Part shown: one piece after another, positions 49,618 through 58,535 of the stretch
How positions within the stretch are numbered: the stretch's first letter is position 1
How the letters are laid out: every line of letters begins with the position of its first letter
Assembly (NCBI GenBank): GCA_018141785.1
Contig: CP073341.1
Coordinates: 1,657,422 to 1,721,421 of the forward strand
DNA: 64,000 nucleotides
Direction: 5' to 3'
Origin: Candidatus Paraprochloron terpiosi LD05
Lineage (GTDB): Bacteria; Cyanobacteriota; Cyanobacteriia; Cyanobacteriales; Prochloraceae
Program-made: the position numbers and the translations under genes
Notes under the pieces: model-generated
Told to the model about the DNA's origin: nothing
The model's input: the letters and a program-made list of their open reading frames with translations, nothing else
Database searches by the model: none

Positions 49618-50190
49618 TTACTTTACAATTTCTGATTCCCGTCCCTGGTAAGAATCATTGCGGGTGTCGATTTTTATTTTTTCTCCTAGGTCAATAAATA
49701 AAGGTACCATCACCTGAGCACCAGTTTCCAAGATAGCAGGTTTAGTGCCACCAGTAGCAGTATCCCCTTTTACTTCCGGATCTGTCTGGACAACTTCCAG
49801 GACAACTGATGTGGGGAGTTCCACTTCCAACACCTGGTCTTCCCAGAAAATGGCGTTTACCTCCATCCCTTCCTTGAGATACTTGACGCCATCGCTAATT
49901 TGCTCGGGGGCGAGACGAGTTTCTTCAAAAGTTTCCATATCCATCAAGACAAACTGGTCGGAGTCTTTATAGGTATATTGCATGGTCCGTTTGTCCAGAT
50001 TCGCTTGTTTAACCGTCTCCCCAGCTCGGAAAGTTCGTTCCACCACATTACCGCTTTGTACGTTTTTGAGCTTGGTGCGCACAAAAGCCGAACCTTTACC
50101 TGGTTTGACATGGAGAAACTCTACAACTCGCCAAACAGAGCCGTCCAATTCTATGGTAACACCACTGCGAAAGTCATTAGAAGAAATCAT
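49618..50190 (-). CDS. efp: Elongation factor P
   Basis: [43 protein letters not shown]. Start taken at the internal Met. Confidence 0.95.
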   Translation of the reverse strand: MISSNDFRSGVTIELDGSVWRVVEFLHVKPGKGSAFVRTKLKNVQSGNVVERTFRAGETVKQANLDKRTMQYTYKDSDQFVLMDMETFEETRLAPEQISDGVKYLKEGMEVNAIFWEDQVLEVELPTSVVLEVVQTDPEVKGDTATGGTKPAILETGAQVMVPLFIDLGEKIKIDTRNDSYQGRESEIVK

Positions 50191-50342
50191 TACTGTTTTA
50201 ACCGTCCGAAAACGCACAGAAAGGACAATTCCGACCTAGTATAGCATCACTTCATCCGATTTTAAGTTAATACTATAGCACAGCAACGGGCGATAAAGTT
50301 TAGGCTCCAAATGTTCTAACCCTCTTTCTGACTGCAATTTTC

Positions 50343-50455
50343 GGCGTTGCTGCAATCTTGATATGAAATAATAATAAACCGCTCCGGCGCAGTTGGAGCA
50401 GAGGAAAAAGAGAGCAGCTCCTTCTTACTCATTCATGTCTCAATTATGCAACGCC
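50343..50455. mobile_element. MITE-like element, copy A (113 bp)
   Basis: The termini GGCGTTGC...GCAACGCC are inverted, with an imperfect extension to ~24 nt. The first 50 nt are identical to copy B at 62887-62998. Confidence 0.6.
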
Positions 50456-50504
50456 AACAGGTAAAATCGGTACTGCTGCGTGGTTAAAAGGAAAAGATAA
50501 ATTG

Positions 50505-51659
50505 ATGAAACCAGGAAAAACTCCGAAGAGACTGGGATGGGGTCAACGTTTATTGCGTACTTCAGTTCTAGCTGTGCTGCTTTTTACCCTGTCAGTAGGC
50601 TTAAGCGGGGCTTGGTGGGATTTCTTGGGGGGCGGTAGCAGTACTCCTGCAAGGAAAAGCATCTTAGCTCAGGGAGCTGCCATTACAGACCCAGAAGCTA
50701 TTTTAAGATACTCTCTGCCCATTGATAACCCTACAGTGCGGGAACTACAAGGAAGTTTAGAGGACATTTCCTATCACCTGCGCAAAAAACTGTGGAGTTC
50801 GGTGAACCGAGATGTGAGAACTGCTTCGAGAATTTTGAACATCAGCGCGGAAAAATTGCTCGCCACGGTTCCCGAAGAGCGCCAATCTCTAGCTAGAGAG
50901 CACCTCCAGCAGATGTCCCAGGAGATGGTAACTTTGAAAGAGGCAGTAGATGCTAAGGATCCAGAACAAATAACCTCTCTTAAAGATGGAATTCTCCACC
51001 AGGTGACAGACTTAGAAGAATTGATGGTTCCCGGATTTCCCTTTGCAGTACCCGAGGAATATGCTCATTTGCCTCAATTGCTAGGTCGCGCTAAGGTAGT
51101 CATGACTACCACTAAAGGGGATCTGAAAATTGTCGTCGATGGTTATAGCGCTCCTGTGAATGGGGGTAATTTTGTGGATCTGGTGCAGCGAGGTTTCTAT
51201 GACGGTTTACCATTTATCGACATTGAAGAATCCTTCGTTTTACAAACAGGGAAACCCCCAGGGAAGGAACAAGGGTTTATTGACCCGGACACTGGGGAAT
51301 ATCGGGCTGTTCCTTTGGAAGTGCTAATTCAAGGTGACTCGGAGCCTATTTACGGCATTACCCTGGAAGATGCAGGTTTTTACTTGGAACAACCTGCCCT
51401 TCCCTTCAACGCTTATGGAGCTGTAGCTATGGCTCGCCCTGGTGAAGAACCTAATGGTGGTTCTTCTCAGTTCTTTTTCTTTAAGTTCGATACTGAATTA
51501 ACGCCTCCTGGTTACAATTTGATGGACGGGCGTTACTCTGTTTTTGGTTATTTAGTCCAAGGAAAAGAGGTTCTCCAACAACTGACAGATCAGGACAAGG
51601 TTATTACTGCTCAAGTAGTTAAGGGAATCGAAAATTTAGTTCAACCTCAACGCGATTAG
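50505..51659 (+). CDS. Cyclophilin-type peptidyl-prolyl isomerase with long N-terminal domain (TLP40-like, lumenal)
   Basis: Signal/TM segment and helical N-domain. C-terminal cyclophilin with APVNGGNFVDLVQRGFYDG ... GSSQFFF ... GRYSVFGYLV. Confidence 0.85.
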   Translation: MKPGKTPKRLGWGQRLLRTSVLAVLLFTLSVGLSGAWWDFLGGGSSTPARKSILAQGAAITDPEAILRYSLPIDNPTVRELQGSLEDISYHLRKKLWSSVNRDVRTASRILNISAEKLLATVPEERQSLAREHLQQMSQEMVTLKEAVDAKDPEQITSLKDGILHQVTDLEELMVPGFPFAVPEEYAHLPQLLGRAKVVMTTTKGDLKIVVDGYSAPVNGGNFVDLVQRGFYDGLPFIDIEESFVLQTGKPPGKEQGFIDPDTGEYRAVPLEVLIQGDSEPIYGITLEDAGFYLEQPALPFNAYGAVAMARPGEEPNGGSSQFFFFKFDTELTPPGYNLMDGRYSVFGYLVQGKEVLQQLTDQDKVITAQVVKGIENLVQPQRD

Positions 51660-51660
51660 C

Positions 51661-52659
51661 ATGAATCTTCCCCCACAAACTGTTGGTGATGTTGGCGAGC
51701 AGGGTCTTTTACAAAGACTGCTGCCCTTTTGCGCCACTAACATAGTGGGGGACGATGGCGCTTTATTGGCCATCGGGATCGGTCAATCTTTAGTGGTGAC
51801 AACCGATGTGCTGGTGGATGGAGTGCATTTTAGCGATCGCACCACCAGTGCAGAAGATATTGGTTGGCGTGCTGCTGCGGCTAATTTATCCGATCTAGCT
51901 GCCATGGGAGCGGCTCCCCTGGGTATTACTGTCGGTTTAAGTCTTCCCCCTGATGTGACCTTGGATTGGGTGGAGGGTCTCTATCGTGGCTTAAACTTAT
52001 GCTTAAATAAATTTAATACCAAAATTATTGGTGGCGATGTATGTCGTTCTTCGGTCATTACAGTAGCTATTACCGCTTGTGGTCAAGTTGCGCCCCACCG
52101 TGCGATTCGCCGTTCTGCTGCCCGTCCGGGAGATGCCATTGTCGTTACTGGACCCCACGGCGGTTCTCGGGCAGGGCTGGAATTACTTTTGCACCCAGAA
52201 CAAAACAACCATCTGGAAGTTGCTCTGAGGCAGTCCTTGATTGAGAACCACAGGCGACCTATACCCAGGTTAGACATTATAGCACAAATAAACGAAATTG
52301 TCAAGGATAATTGGCCCGTTGGGGGCATGGATAGCAGCGATGGTTTGGCGGATGCTGTGATGCAAATTTGTCGTTGTAGTGGGGTGGGGGCAGAAATTGA
52401 TTGCAATGCTATTCCTTTATTTCCTGGTTGGCAAAAATTTGGTTGCACAGCATTAGACTATGCTCTCTATGGGGGTGAGGACTTTGAATTGGTGCTGTGT
52501 CTTCCTGAGAAAGAGGCGATATCTTTGGTAAGGCAGTTAGGAGAAGGAGCAGCAGTTATTGGGAAAATAACTGCCGGAGTTGAGGTTAAGCTAGTAGATG
52601 CAAAAGGGGTTTATCCTGAGCAAATGTTAAATTTGGAAGCAGGGTTTCAGCACTTTTGA
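51661..52659 (+). CDS. thiL: Thiamine-monophosphate kinase
   Basis: GDDGALL ... TTDVLVDGVHF ... NLSDLAAMGA ... GGDV; AIR-synthase-like fold. Confidence 0.9.
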   Translation: MNLPPQTVGDVGEQGLLQRLLPFCATNIVGDDGALLAIGIGQSLVVTTDVLVDGVHFSDRTTSAEDIGWRAAAANLSDLAAMGAAPLGITVGLSLPPDVTLDWVEGLYRGLNLCLNKFNTKIIGGDVCRSSVITVAITACGQVAPHRAIRRSAARPGDAIVVTGPHGGSRAGLELLLHPEQNNHLEVALRQSLIENHRRPIPRLDIIAQINEIVKDNWPVGGMDSSDGLADAVMQICRCSGVGAEIDCNAIPLFPGWQKFGCTALDYALYGGEDFELVLCLPEKEAISLVRQLGEGAAVIGKITAGVEVKLVDAKGVYPEQMLNLEAGFQHF

Positions 52660-52678
52660 AGAAGATATAATTTCAATT

Positions 52679-55564
52679 ATGACAGATACCAATCTTAAAA
52701 TTAAGAGTTTTATTGAGTATACACGAAAATTGAAAGGGGACGAAAAAGGAGAAGCTCAAGTATTTTGCGAGCGCCTCTTTCAAGCCTTCAATCATGCTGG
52801 TTACAAAGAAGCAGGAGCAGAACTAGAATATCGAGTCAAGACGAAGGGACAATCCACTAAATTTGCTGATTTACTCTGGGGAAACCGGTTGCTGCTGGAG
52901 ATGAAAAAGCGTGGGGAAAAGTTAGAGAAACACTACCAACAGGTGTTTGAATATTGGCTGGAGTTGGTTCCCCAGCGTCCTAAATATGTGATTCTTTGCA
53001 ACTTTGATGAGTTCTGGATTTATGACTTCAATAGTCAACTGCGAGAACCAGTGGATAAAGTAAAACTAGAAGACTTACCACAACGTTGCACAGCTTTAAA
53101 TTTTCTTTTTCCCGAGGAGCGCAAACCCCAATTTCAGAACGATTTGGTGAATGTTACTCGCAAAGCAGCAGATAATGTAGCTCAAGTCTTTAACTCTTTG
53201 ATAGCAAAAGGTGAGGATGCTAAAATTGCTCAAAGGTTCATTCTTCAGTGTGTTGTTGCCTTATTTGCAGAAGATATTGACCTTTTGCCCCCTGGGCTAT
53301 TTACTCAACTGCTAGATGATTGTAGGGTAAAGGCAAGTTCCTATGATTTAATCGGTGGACTATTCCGACAAATGGGCAACCTTCGCCCTGCTCCCCCAGA
53401 CAGCCGTTATGGAGATGTACCTTATTTTAACGGTGGTTTGTTTTCAATCATTGAATCAATTTCTCTAACTCAAGGAGAAATTAAACTTCTCCTGTCAGCG
53501 GCTTCAGAGAAATGGTCAAAAGTAGAACCTGCTATTTTTGGGACGTTATTTCAGTCTAGTATGGGCAAAAAAGAACGTCATGCTTTGGGAGCGCACTATA
53601 CTAGCGAGGCGGATATTCAGAAAGTGGTGTTGCCCACTATTGTCATACCTTGGCAAAAGCGAATTGAAGCTGCTAAGACTTTGAAAGATTTGCATGCTCT
53701 ACGGAAAGAGTTAATTAGCTTCAAAGTGCTTGATCCAGCTTGTGGTAGTGGCAATTTTCTCTATGTGGCTTATCGGGAACTGAAACGATTAGAAGCTAAA
53801 CTCCTGGCCAAAATTCAGCAAAATTTTAGCAGCAAAGTTGCCGATCCCATCGGTACCCTGTCTATGTTGAAAACTACCCAATTTTACGGTTTAGACATCA
53901 AACCCTTTGCAGTGGAACTAGCAAAAGTTACCCTAATGCTGGCGAAAAAGCTGGCACTAGATGAAGAAAACCCGTTGCTCAACAGCGTCCAAATGAACCT
54001 GCCATTGGAACTGGAGCCAGCTTTGCCTTTGGATAATTTGGACAGGAATATCCGCTGTGAGGATGCTTTATTTTGTGATTGGGATTCAGTAGACGCTATT
54101 ATCGGCAATCCTCCTTACCAAAGTAAAAATAAGATGCAGCAGGAATATGGGGCTGCCTATGTAAGACGGGTGCGAGGAAAATACCCTGAAGTCCCGGGAA
54201 GAGCTGATTACTGCGTTTACTGGTTCCGACGCACTCACGATGAACTGAAACCGGAAGCAAGAGCTGGTTTGGTGGGTACCAATACTATCCGTCAGAACTA
54301 TTCCCGTGAAGGAGGTTTGGATTATATCCTCCACAACGGCGGCACCATTACTGAAGCTGTGTCTACTCAAGTTTGGTCAGGGGAAGCAGCAGTTCATGTC
54401 TCTATTGTGAATTGGACTAAGGGTAAACAAACAGGGAGAAAGAAACTTTATACTCAAGTGGGAGATGCTAAAGATAGCCCTTGGGAAGTGGTGGAATTAG
54501 AGGAAATTAATTCTGCTCTGTCACCTGAGTTTGATGTCACACAAGCAAAAAAACTAATTGTTAATGCTGGCTCCGGGACTTGCTATCAGGGTCAAACTCA
54601 TGGTCATAAAGGATTTCTACTGACTCCTGATGAAGCGGCTGTTATGATTGAACAATGTCAAAGCAATGTGGAGGTTATTTTCTCCTACTTAACTGGGGAT
54701 GACTTGCTTTCTAGAAATGCTCCCCAAAGATATATCATTGATTTTCATCCTCTTGATGTCCTGAAAGCTAGTAAATATACTGAACTATTCACCAGAATAA
54801 AGGAGCTGGTTTTGCCACATCGTGAAGCTGCTGCTGAGAAAGAAAGACAGCGCAACGAGGAAGCTTTGAAGGATAATCCAGGAGCAAAAGTAAACCGAGA
54901 TCATCAGAATTTTTTAGCCAAGTGGTGGCTGCTTTCTCGTCCACGTCCTGAGTTAATTGAAAAAATTGCCTCCCTACCTAGATATATAGTTTGCAGCCAA
55001 GTTACAAAAAGACCTATCTTTGAATTTATTCAGACTGACATTCGCCCAAATGCAGCTCTAATTGTTTTTCCCTTACCTGATGATTACTCATTTGGCATTT
55101 TGCAATCAGGTATTCATTGGGCTTGGTTTACTGCCCGTTGTTCAACCCTAAAAGGTGATTTTCGCTATACTTCTAACACCGTTTTCAATTCTTTTCCCTT
55201 CCCCCAATCTCCCACACTAGCAGAGATTCAAAAAGTTGCAGCAGCAGCGGTAAAATTGCGCCAGTTACGACGGAAGGTAATGGCAGAAAATCAGTGGAGT
55301 TTACGAGAACTATATCGCACCCTAGATTTACCTGGAGATAATCCTCTTCGTAGAGCACAGAAGGAACTAGATAATGCTGTCAGAAAAGCTTATAAGATGA
55401 AAGGGAAAGAAGATCCTCTTAAGTTTTTGTTGGCTCGTAACAAAGATGTAGCAACACGAGAAGCACAAGGTAAACCCGTTGTTGCTCCCGGTTTACCTTC
55501 TTGGGTAGAGGATATCAATGAGTTCATCACCGAAGATTGTGTTGGTTCTGGTTACAGGATGTGA
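52679..55564 (+). CDS. MmeI-like Type IIL restriction-modification enzyme (fused PD-ExK nuclease, N6-adenine methyltransferase and TRD)
   Basis: N-terminal EKGEAQVFCERLFQAF ... FADLLWGNRLLLEMKKRG (D...ExK). GAHYTSEADIQKVV. MTase motif I VLDPACGSGNFLYVA and motif IV IIGNPPYQS. A ~450-aa C-terminal region with WWLLSRPRPEL. Confidence 0.75.
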   Translation: MTDTNLKIKSFIEYTRKLKGDEKGEAQVFCERLFQAFNHAGYKEAGAELEYRVKTKGQSTKFADLLWGNRLLLEMKKRGEKLEKHYQQVFEYWLELVPQRPKYVILCNFDEFWIYDFNSQLREPVDKVKLEDLPQRCTALNFLFPEERKPQFQNDLVNVTRKAADNVAQVFNSLIAKGEDAKIAQRFILQCVVALFAEDIDLLPPGLFTQLLDDCRVKASSYDLIGGLFRQMGNLRPAPPDSRYGDVPYFNGGLFSIIESISLTQGEIKLLLSAASEKWSKVEPAIFGTLFQSSMGKKERHALGAHYTSEADIQKVVLPTIVIPWQKRIEAAKTLKDLHALRKELISFKVLDPACGSGNFLYVAYRELKRLEAKLLAKIQQNFSSKVADPIGTLSMLKTTQFYGLDIKPFAVELAKVTLMLAKKLALDEENPLLNSVQMNLPLELEPALPLDNLDRNIRCEDALFCDWDSVDAIIGNPPYQSKNKMQQEYGAAYVRRVRGKYPEVPGRADYCVYWFRRTHDELKPEARAGLVGTNTIRQNYSREGGLDYILHNGGTITEAVSTQVWSGEAAVHVSIVNWTKGKQTGRKKLYTQVGDAKDSPWEVVELEEINSALSPEFDVTQAKKLIVNAGSGTCYQGQTHGHKGFLLTPDEAAVMIEQCQSNVEVIFSYLTGDDLLSRNAPQRYIIDFHPLDVLKASKYTELFTRIKELVLPHREAAAEKERQRNEEALKDNPGAKVNRDHQNFLAKWWLLSRPRPELIEKIASLPRYIVCSQVTKRPIFEFIQTDIRPNAALIVFPLPDDYSFGILQSGIHWAWFTARCSTLKGDFRYTSNTVFNSFPFPQSPTLAEIQKVAAAAVKLRQLRRKVMAENQWSLRELYRTLDLPGDNPLRRAQKELDNAVRKAYKMKGKEDPLKFLLARNKDVATREAQGKPVVAPGLPSWVEDINEFITEDCVGSGYRM

Positions 55565-55569
55565 TATTA

Positions 55570-56022
55570 TTACTTCCTGGAAGGATAAAGTTGATGCTCG
55601 GGGTCTAGCCAAACTATATAAAAGACTTGCTCAATGAAAAATCCATGTACTCTACCATGCTTATTGGCAGAAAGAGAAAATTGATAGGGACCATCTACTA
55701 ATTGCTCTTCATTAGGAATACCAAAACTATTCTCGCTGGTATCTTTCCAATCGATGGGATGACAGCGCAATGTTTTGCTACTATTCCCCTTGAGTTCCTG
55801 TACGGATAAAGAAGATAAGTCTTTCAGTCTACTCAACAAGGCAATTAAGTACTGAATATCTCGTTGGCGGATGGAAAACTTAGGGTGCTCTTCTTGCAGG
55901 TATTTATAAGAGAAGGCAATCCCTTTTTGTAGTTGGCTTAATTCTGTAGGTTTAAGATTATCTGGCTTTCTATCAGTTGAAGTTTTCTTAAGCCGCTTCT
56001 TCCGTTTCGACACGTGCTCCAA
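55570..56022 (-). CDS. Unassigned 150-aa protein, candidate toxin partner of the upstream Panacea-domain gene
   Basis: Basic N-terminus (KRKKRLKKTSTDRKPD). C-terminus HGRVHGFFIEQVFYIVWLDPEHQLY. It overlaps the upstream gene by 35 nt. I recognise no family. Confidence 0.4.
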   Translation of the reverse strand: MEHVSKRKKRLKKTSTDRKPDNLKPTELSQLQKGIAFSYKYLQEEHPKFSIRQRDIQYLIALLSRLKDLSSLSVQELKGNSSKTLRCHPIDWKDTSENSFGIPNEEQLVDGPYQFSLSANKHGRVHGFFIEQVFYIVWLDPEHQLYPSRK

Positions 56023-56449
56023 AGTAATTCTTCATAGATTCTTTAGTGATAATCTCCTGAGAAGGCTCATCTTGGGCAAGGTTACCCCTAGCTTTAATCC
56101 AAGGATCTTCTAAATGAGTCATCCGTTCTAAATCGTAAGCATCTACTGAGAAGTAAACTTCAACAACCTCTTCTAGAAACTCTCCGACCTCTTCAGAAAA
56201 GTTGGGCTGCTTTACCTCTTCTTCGATGGGCTTCCACTGATAGTGCTTATAACGGTCATAGAGTTGTGGAATAACTGGTCCGTGAATCCACGCCTCAAAA
56301 TCTTCTTCAAAGAGTTGTTCTCCGTAGATAGCTAGGTACCACGCTTGAGCGTAGTAAACCAGCTTTTGCAGCTTGAGGTTACTAATAAAAGACCCGGTTT
56401 CGTGAGCTAGCCAGATGAAGTATTGGGCGATGTCGTGACAGGTAAGCAT
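55988..56449 (-). CDS. Panacea (DUF4065/SocA-like) antitoxin-domain protein
   Basis: IAQYFIWLAHETGSFISNLKLQKLVYYAQAWYLAIYGEQLFEEDFEAWIHGPVIPQLYDRY matches the DUF4065 signature (KLQKL-YY-Q ... AW-GPV). Confidence 0.7.
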   Translation of the reverse strand: MLTCHDIAQYFIWLAHETGSFISNLKLQKLVYYAQAWYLAIYGEQLFEEDFEAWIHGPVIPQLYDRYKHYQWKPIEEEVKQPNFSEEVGEFLEEVVEVYFSVDAYDLERMTHLEDPWIKARGNLAQDEPSQEIITKESMKNYFGARVETEEAA

Positions 56450-56630
56450 CTTGTAAACCTCTTTCCATCTTGAATACCACTATTTTACCTCAAATCTGCA
56501 CATTCTCTACAACTTCCTCTCTCTGCGTCCTCTGCGCCTCTGCGGTTAAATAAAAACAATACCCTCGTTGGTGCATTACGAGGGGGCAAAACCTGCTGGG
56601 CGCACAACCTGCGCCCCTAGGAATTAAATC

Positions 56631-57773
56631 TTAATGGTGATGATGGTGGTGAGAATGAGAATGATGATGATGGCCATTACTCCCATTTAGCACTTGACCA
56701 TTCACCGTCACCCCTTCTGAGGATAATAATGCTTCAATTTGGGGATTTGCCCATGCTGCTGCCATTTGGAGAAACTCAAGGCGATCGTTAACACAAGGCA
56801 TCCTGAGGAATTTCACCTGGGAATTGCGATGCTGCAAGTGATGAATGATATGATCCACGTCTAGTAGGGTTTCGTGATTTTCCGTGGCAAAACCAATGGG
56901 CATCATTACTATAGCAGTGGCTCCTAAATCCATGACATTTTTGGCTGCTAACTCTACATTGGGTTGGGTCCATTCAATCAGGGGGGTATCGTGATTCAGC
57001 CAGCCAATGGAAATTAAGGGATATTTATAAATTAGTTCTTCCCGGACTAATTCGTACAGTGCTTGACTTTCCTCAATCCCGGAAGTAAATCCTTTCGCTT
57101 TGTGGGGACAACCGTGGTTCATTAGCACAATGCCAATTTGGGATGGTAAATGGGTTTTCGCTAAATCTGTGGCTATTTTCTCCTCTACCATTTTCGCCAG
57201 CAATTTAATATAAGCTGGTTCCTTGTAAAAGGAGGGAATATAACGAGTACCTTGGAGCCAATGTTCTTCCCCATCATTTAATTTACTCAGAGCGTTATTT
57301 ACTTGCTCTACAGCAATACCGCTGGTGAAGATGGAATCTACCACTAACAGGGGATAGATTAAAATTTTATCATATCCCTGTTCTTTAATTTCTGCTAGCA
57401 CTTGTTCCGGGAGAAAAGGAGCGCAAAAGTTAAAGGCTTTGAAAACTTTAACCCTTTCCCCCCATTGATACTGCAATTCTTTTTCAATCCCCGCCCGTTG
57501 AGCTTCAAATATTTTATTGTGGGGGGAGATAAAATTGCCGTGCTGGTGACTCCACTCGTGGAGGTCAAACACAGCTAGGAGTTTGGCTAGGGGTGGATAG
57601 ATCCAAGTAGGTACTGGGGCAAATTTAGCTGTGAGGAGATTCAATGCTTGTTCGTTGTAGTTAGCAAAGTCTTCGTAGCTTTCTACTTCCCCGTATCCCA
57701 TTAACAAAACCGCTACGGTATCTGTCTTAGCTGTTTGGGATAGTTGTGTTGTTTTTTCTGAGGTAGCAACCAT
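56631..57773 (-). CDS. Ferrochelatase-family (class II chelatase) paralog with natural poly-His C-terminus
   Basis: VAVLLMGYGEVESYEDF and MPIGFATENHETLLDVD resemble the HemH N-terminal and H-E-T-L motifs. There is no CAB-type TM tail. It ends GSNGHHHHSHSHHHHHH*. Confidence 0.6.
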   Translation of the reverse strand: MVATSEKTTQLSQTAKTDTVAVLLMGYGEVESYEDFANYNEQALNLLTAKFAPVPTWIYPPLAKLLAVFDLHEWSHQHGNFISPHNKIFEAQRAGIEKELQYQWGERVKVFKAFNFCAPFLPEQVLAEIKEQGYDKILIYPLLVVDSIFTSGIAVEQVNNALSKLNDGEEHWLQGTRYIPSFYKEPAYIKLLAKMVEEKIATDLAKTHLPSQIGIVLMNHGCPHKAKGFTSGIEESQALYELVREELIYKYPLISIGWLNHDTPLIEWTQPNVELAAKNVMDLGATAIVMMPIGFATENHETLLDVDHIIHHLQHRNSQVKFLRMPCVNDRLEFLQMAAAWANPQIEALLSSEGVTVNGQVLNGSNGHHHHSHSHHHHHH

Positions 57774-57867
57774 TGACGCTCCAATACAATATTCTTGTCA
57801 CCACGTAATGCTAATATACAATATATTATCCCTCTTAGGGGTATAGGTAGAACTCATCAGTAAATAA

Positions 57868-58410
57868 ATGGTTGTTGTCCTATGTCCTGGAATCCATAGC
57901 CCTCAACTAACCCAGGATTTTTTAGCTAGTTTAGCCCAATCTCAAACTCAAGATTTATTTAATAATTGGCTCGTTTTTCCCGCGACCGAATATCCTCCTT
58001 ATTCTCCTCTTGCGGTGTTGACGTTTCTCAAAAAGAATGTTACCTTAGAAGAGGTTTTATTAATTTGTTTTAGTGCTGGAGTAGTTGGGGCCATGGGAGC
58101 TGCCCCACTATGGCAAATGCAAGGGGGTAAGGTGAAAGCTTTCATTGCTATAGATGGTTGGGGCATGGCTTTATGGGGCAATTTTCCCATTTACAGGGTG
58201 AGTCACGACTATTTTACTCATTGGAGTTCCGCTCTCCTGGGAGGGGGTTGGGGGGTGGGTTTCTATTGCGAACCGGGGGTAGAACACCTGTCCTTGTGGC
58301 GATCGCCTCATCAAGCTTGGGGTTGGTGGGTAAAATCCCCCGGCTGCAAGGTAAAATGTTCCGCAGCGGCTTTCTTGAAAGTTATATTAAAACAATATAA
58401 AGAAATGTAA
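57868..58410 (+). CDS. Hypothetical protein (possible alpha/beta-hydrolase-like)
   Basis: 180-aa ORF. LLICFSAGVVGAMG resembles a nucleophile elbow (the small-x-S-x-G pattern is only approximate). Confidence 0.4.
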   Translation: MVVVLCPGIHSPQLTQDFLASLAQSQTQDLFNNWLVFPATEYPPYSPLAVLTFLKKNVTLEEVLLICFSAGVVGAMGAAPLWQMQGGKVKAFIAIDGWGMALWGNFPIYRVSHDYFTHWSSALLGGGWGVGFYCEPGVEHLSLWRSPHQAWGWWVKSPGCKVKCSAAAFLKVILKQYKEM

Positions 58411-58507
58411 CAAATACCCCAGATGACGCAATCTATATTATAATAATAAAGACAGCAGGTACCATTAGTACTGATAAGTGTCATAGTACGTGCTAACTGC
58501 TCACTGG

Positions 58508-58535
58508 TAACTGATAACTGATAACTGATAACTGG
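58508..58535. repeat. STRR-like heptanucleotide tandem repeat (TAACTGA)x4
   Basis: TAACTGATAACTGATAACTGATAACTGG abuts the predicted ilvB GTG start. The same heptamer in reverse orientation (ACCAGTT ATCAGTT ACCAGCT) occurs at ~37430-37450. Confidence 0.8.
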
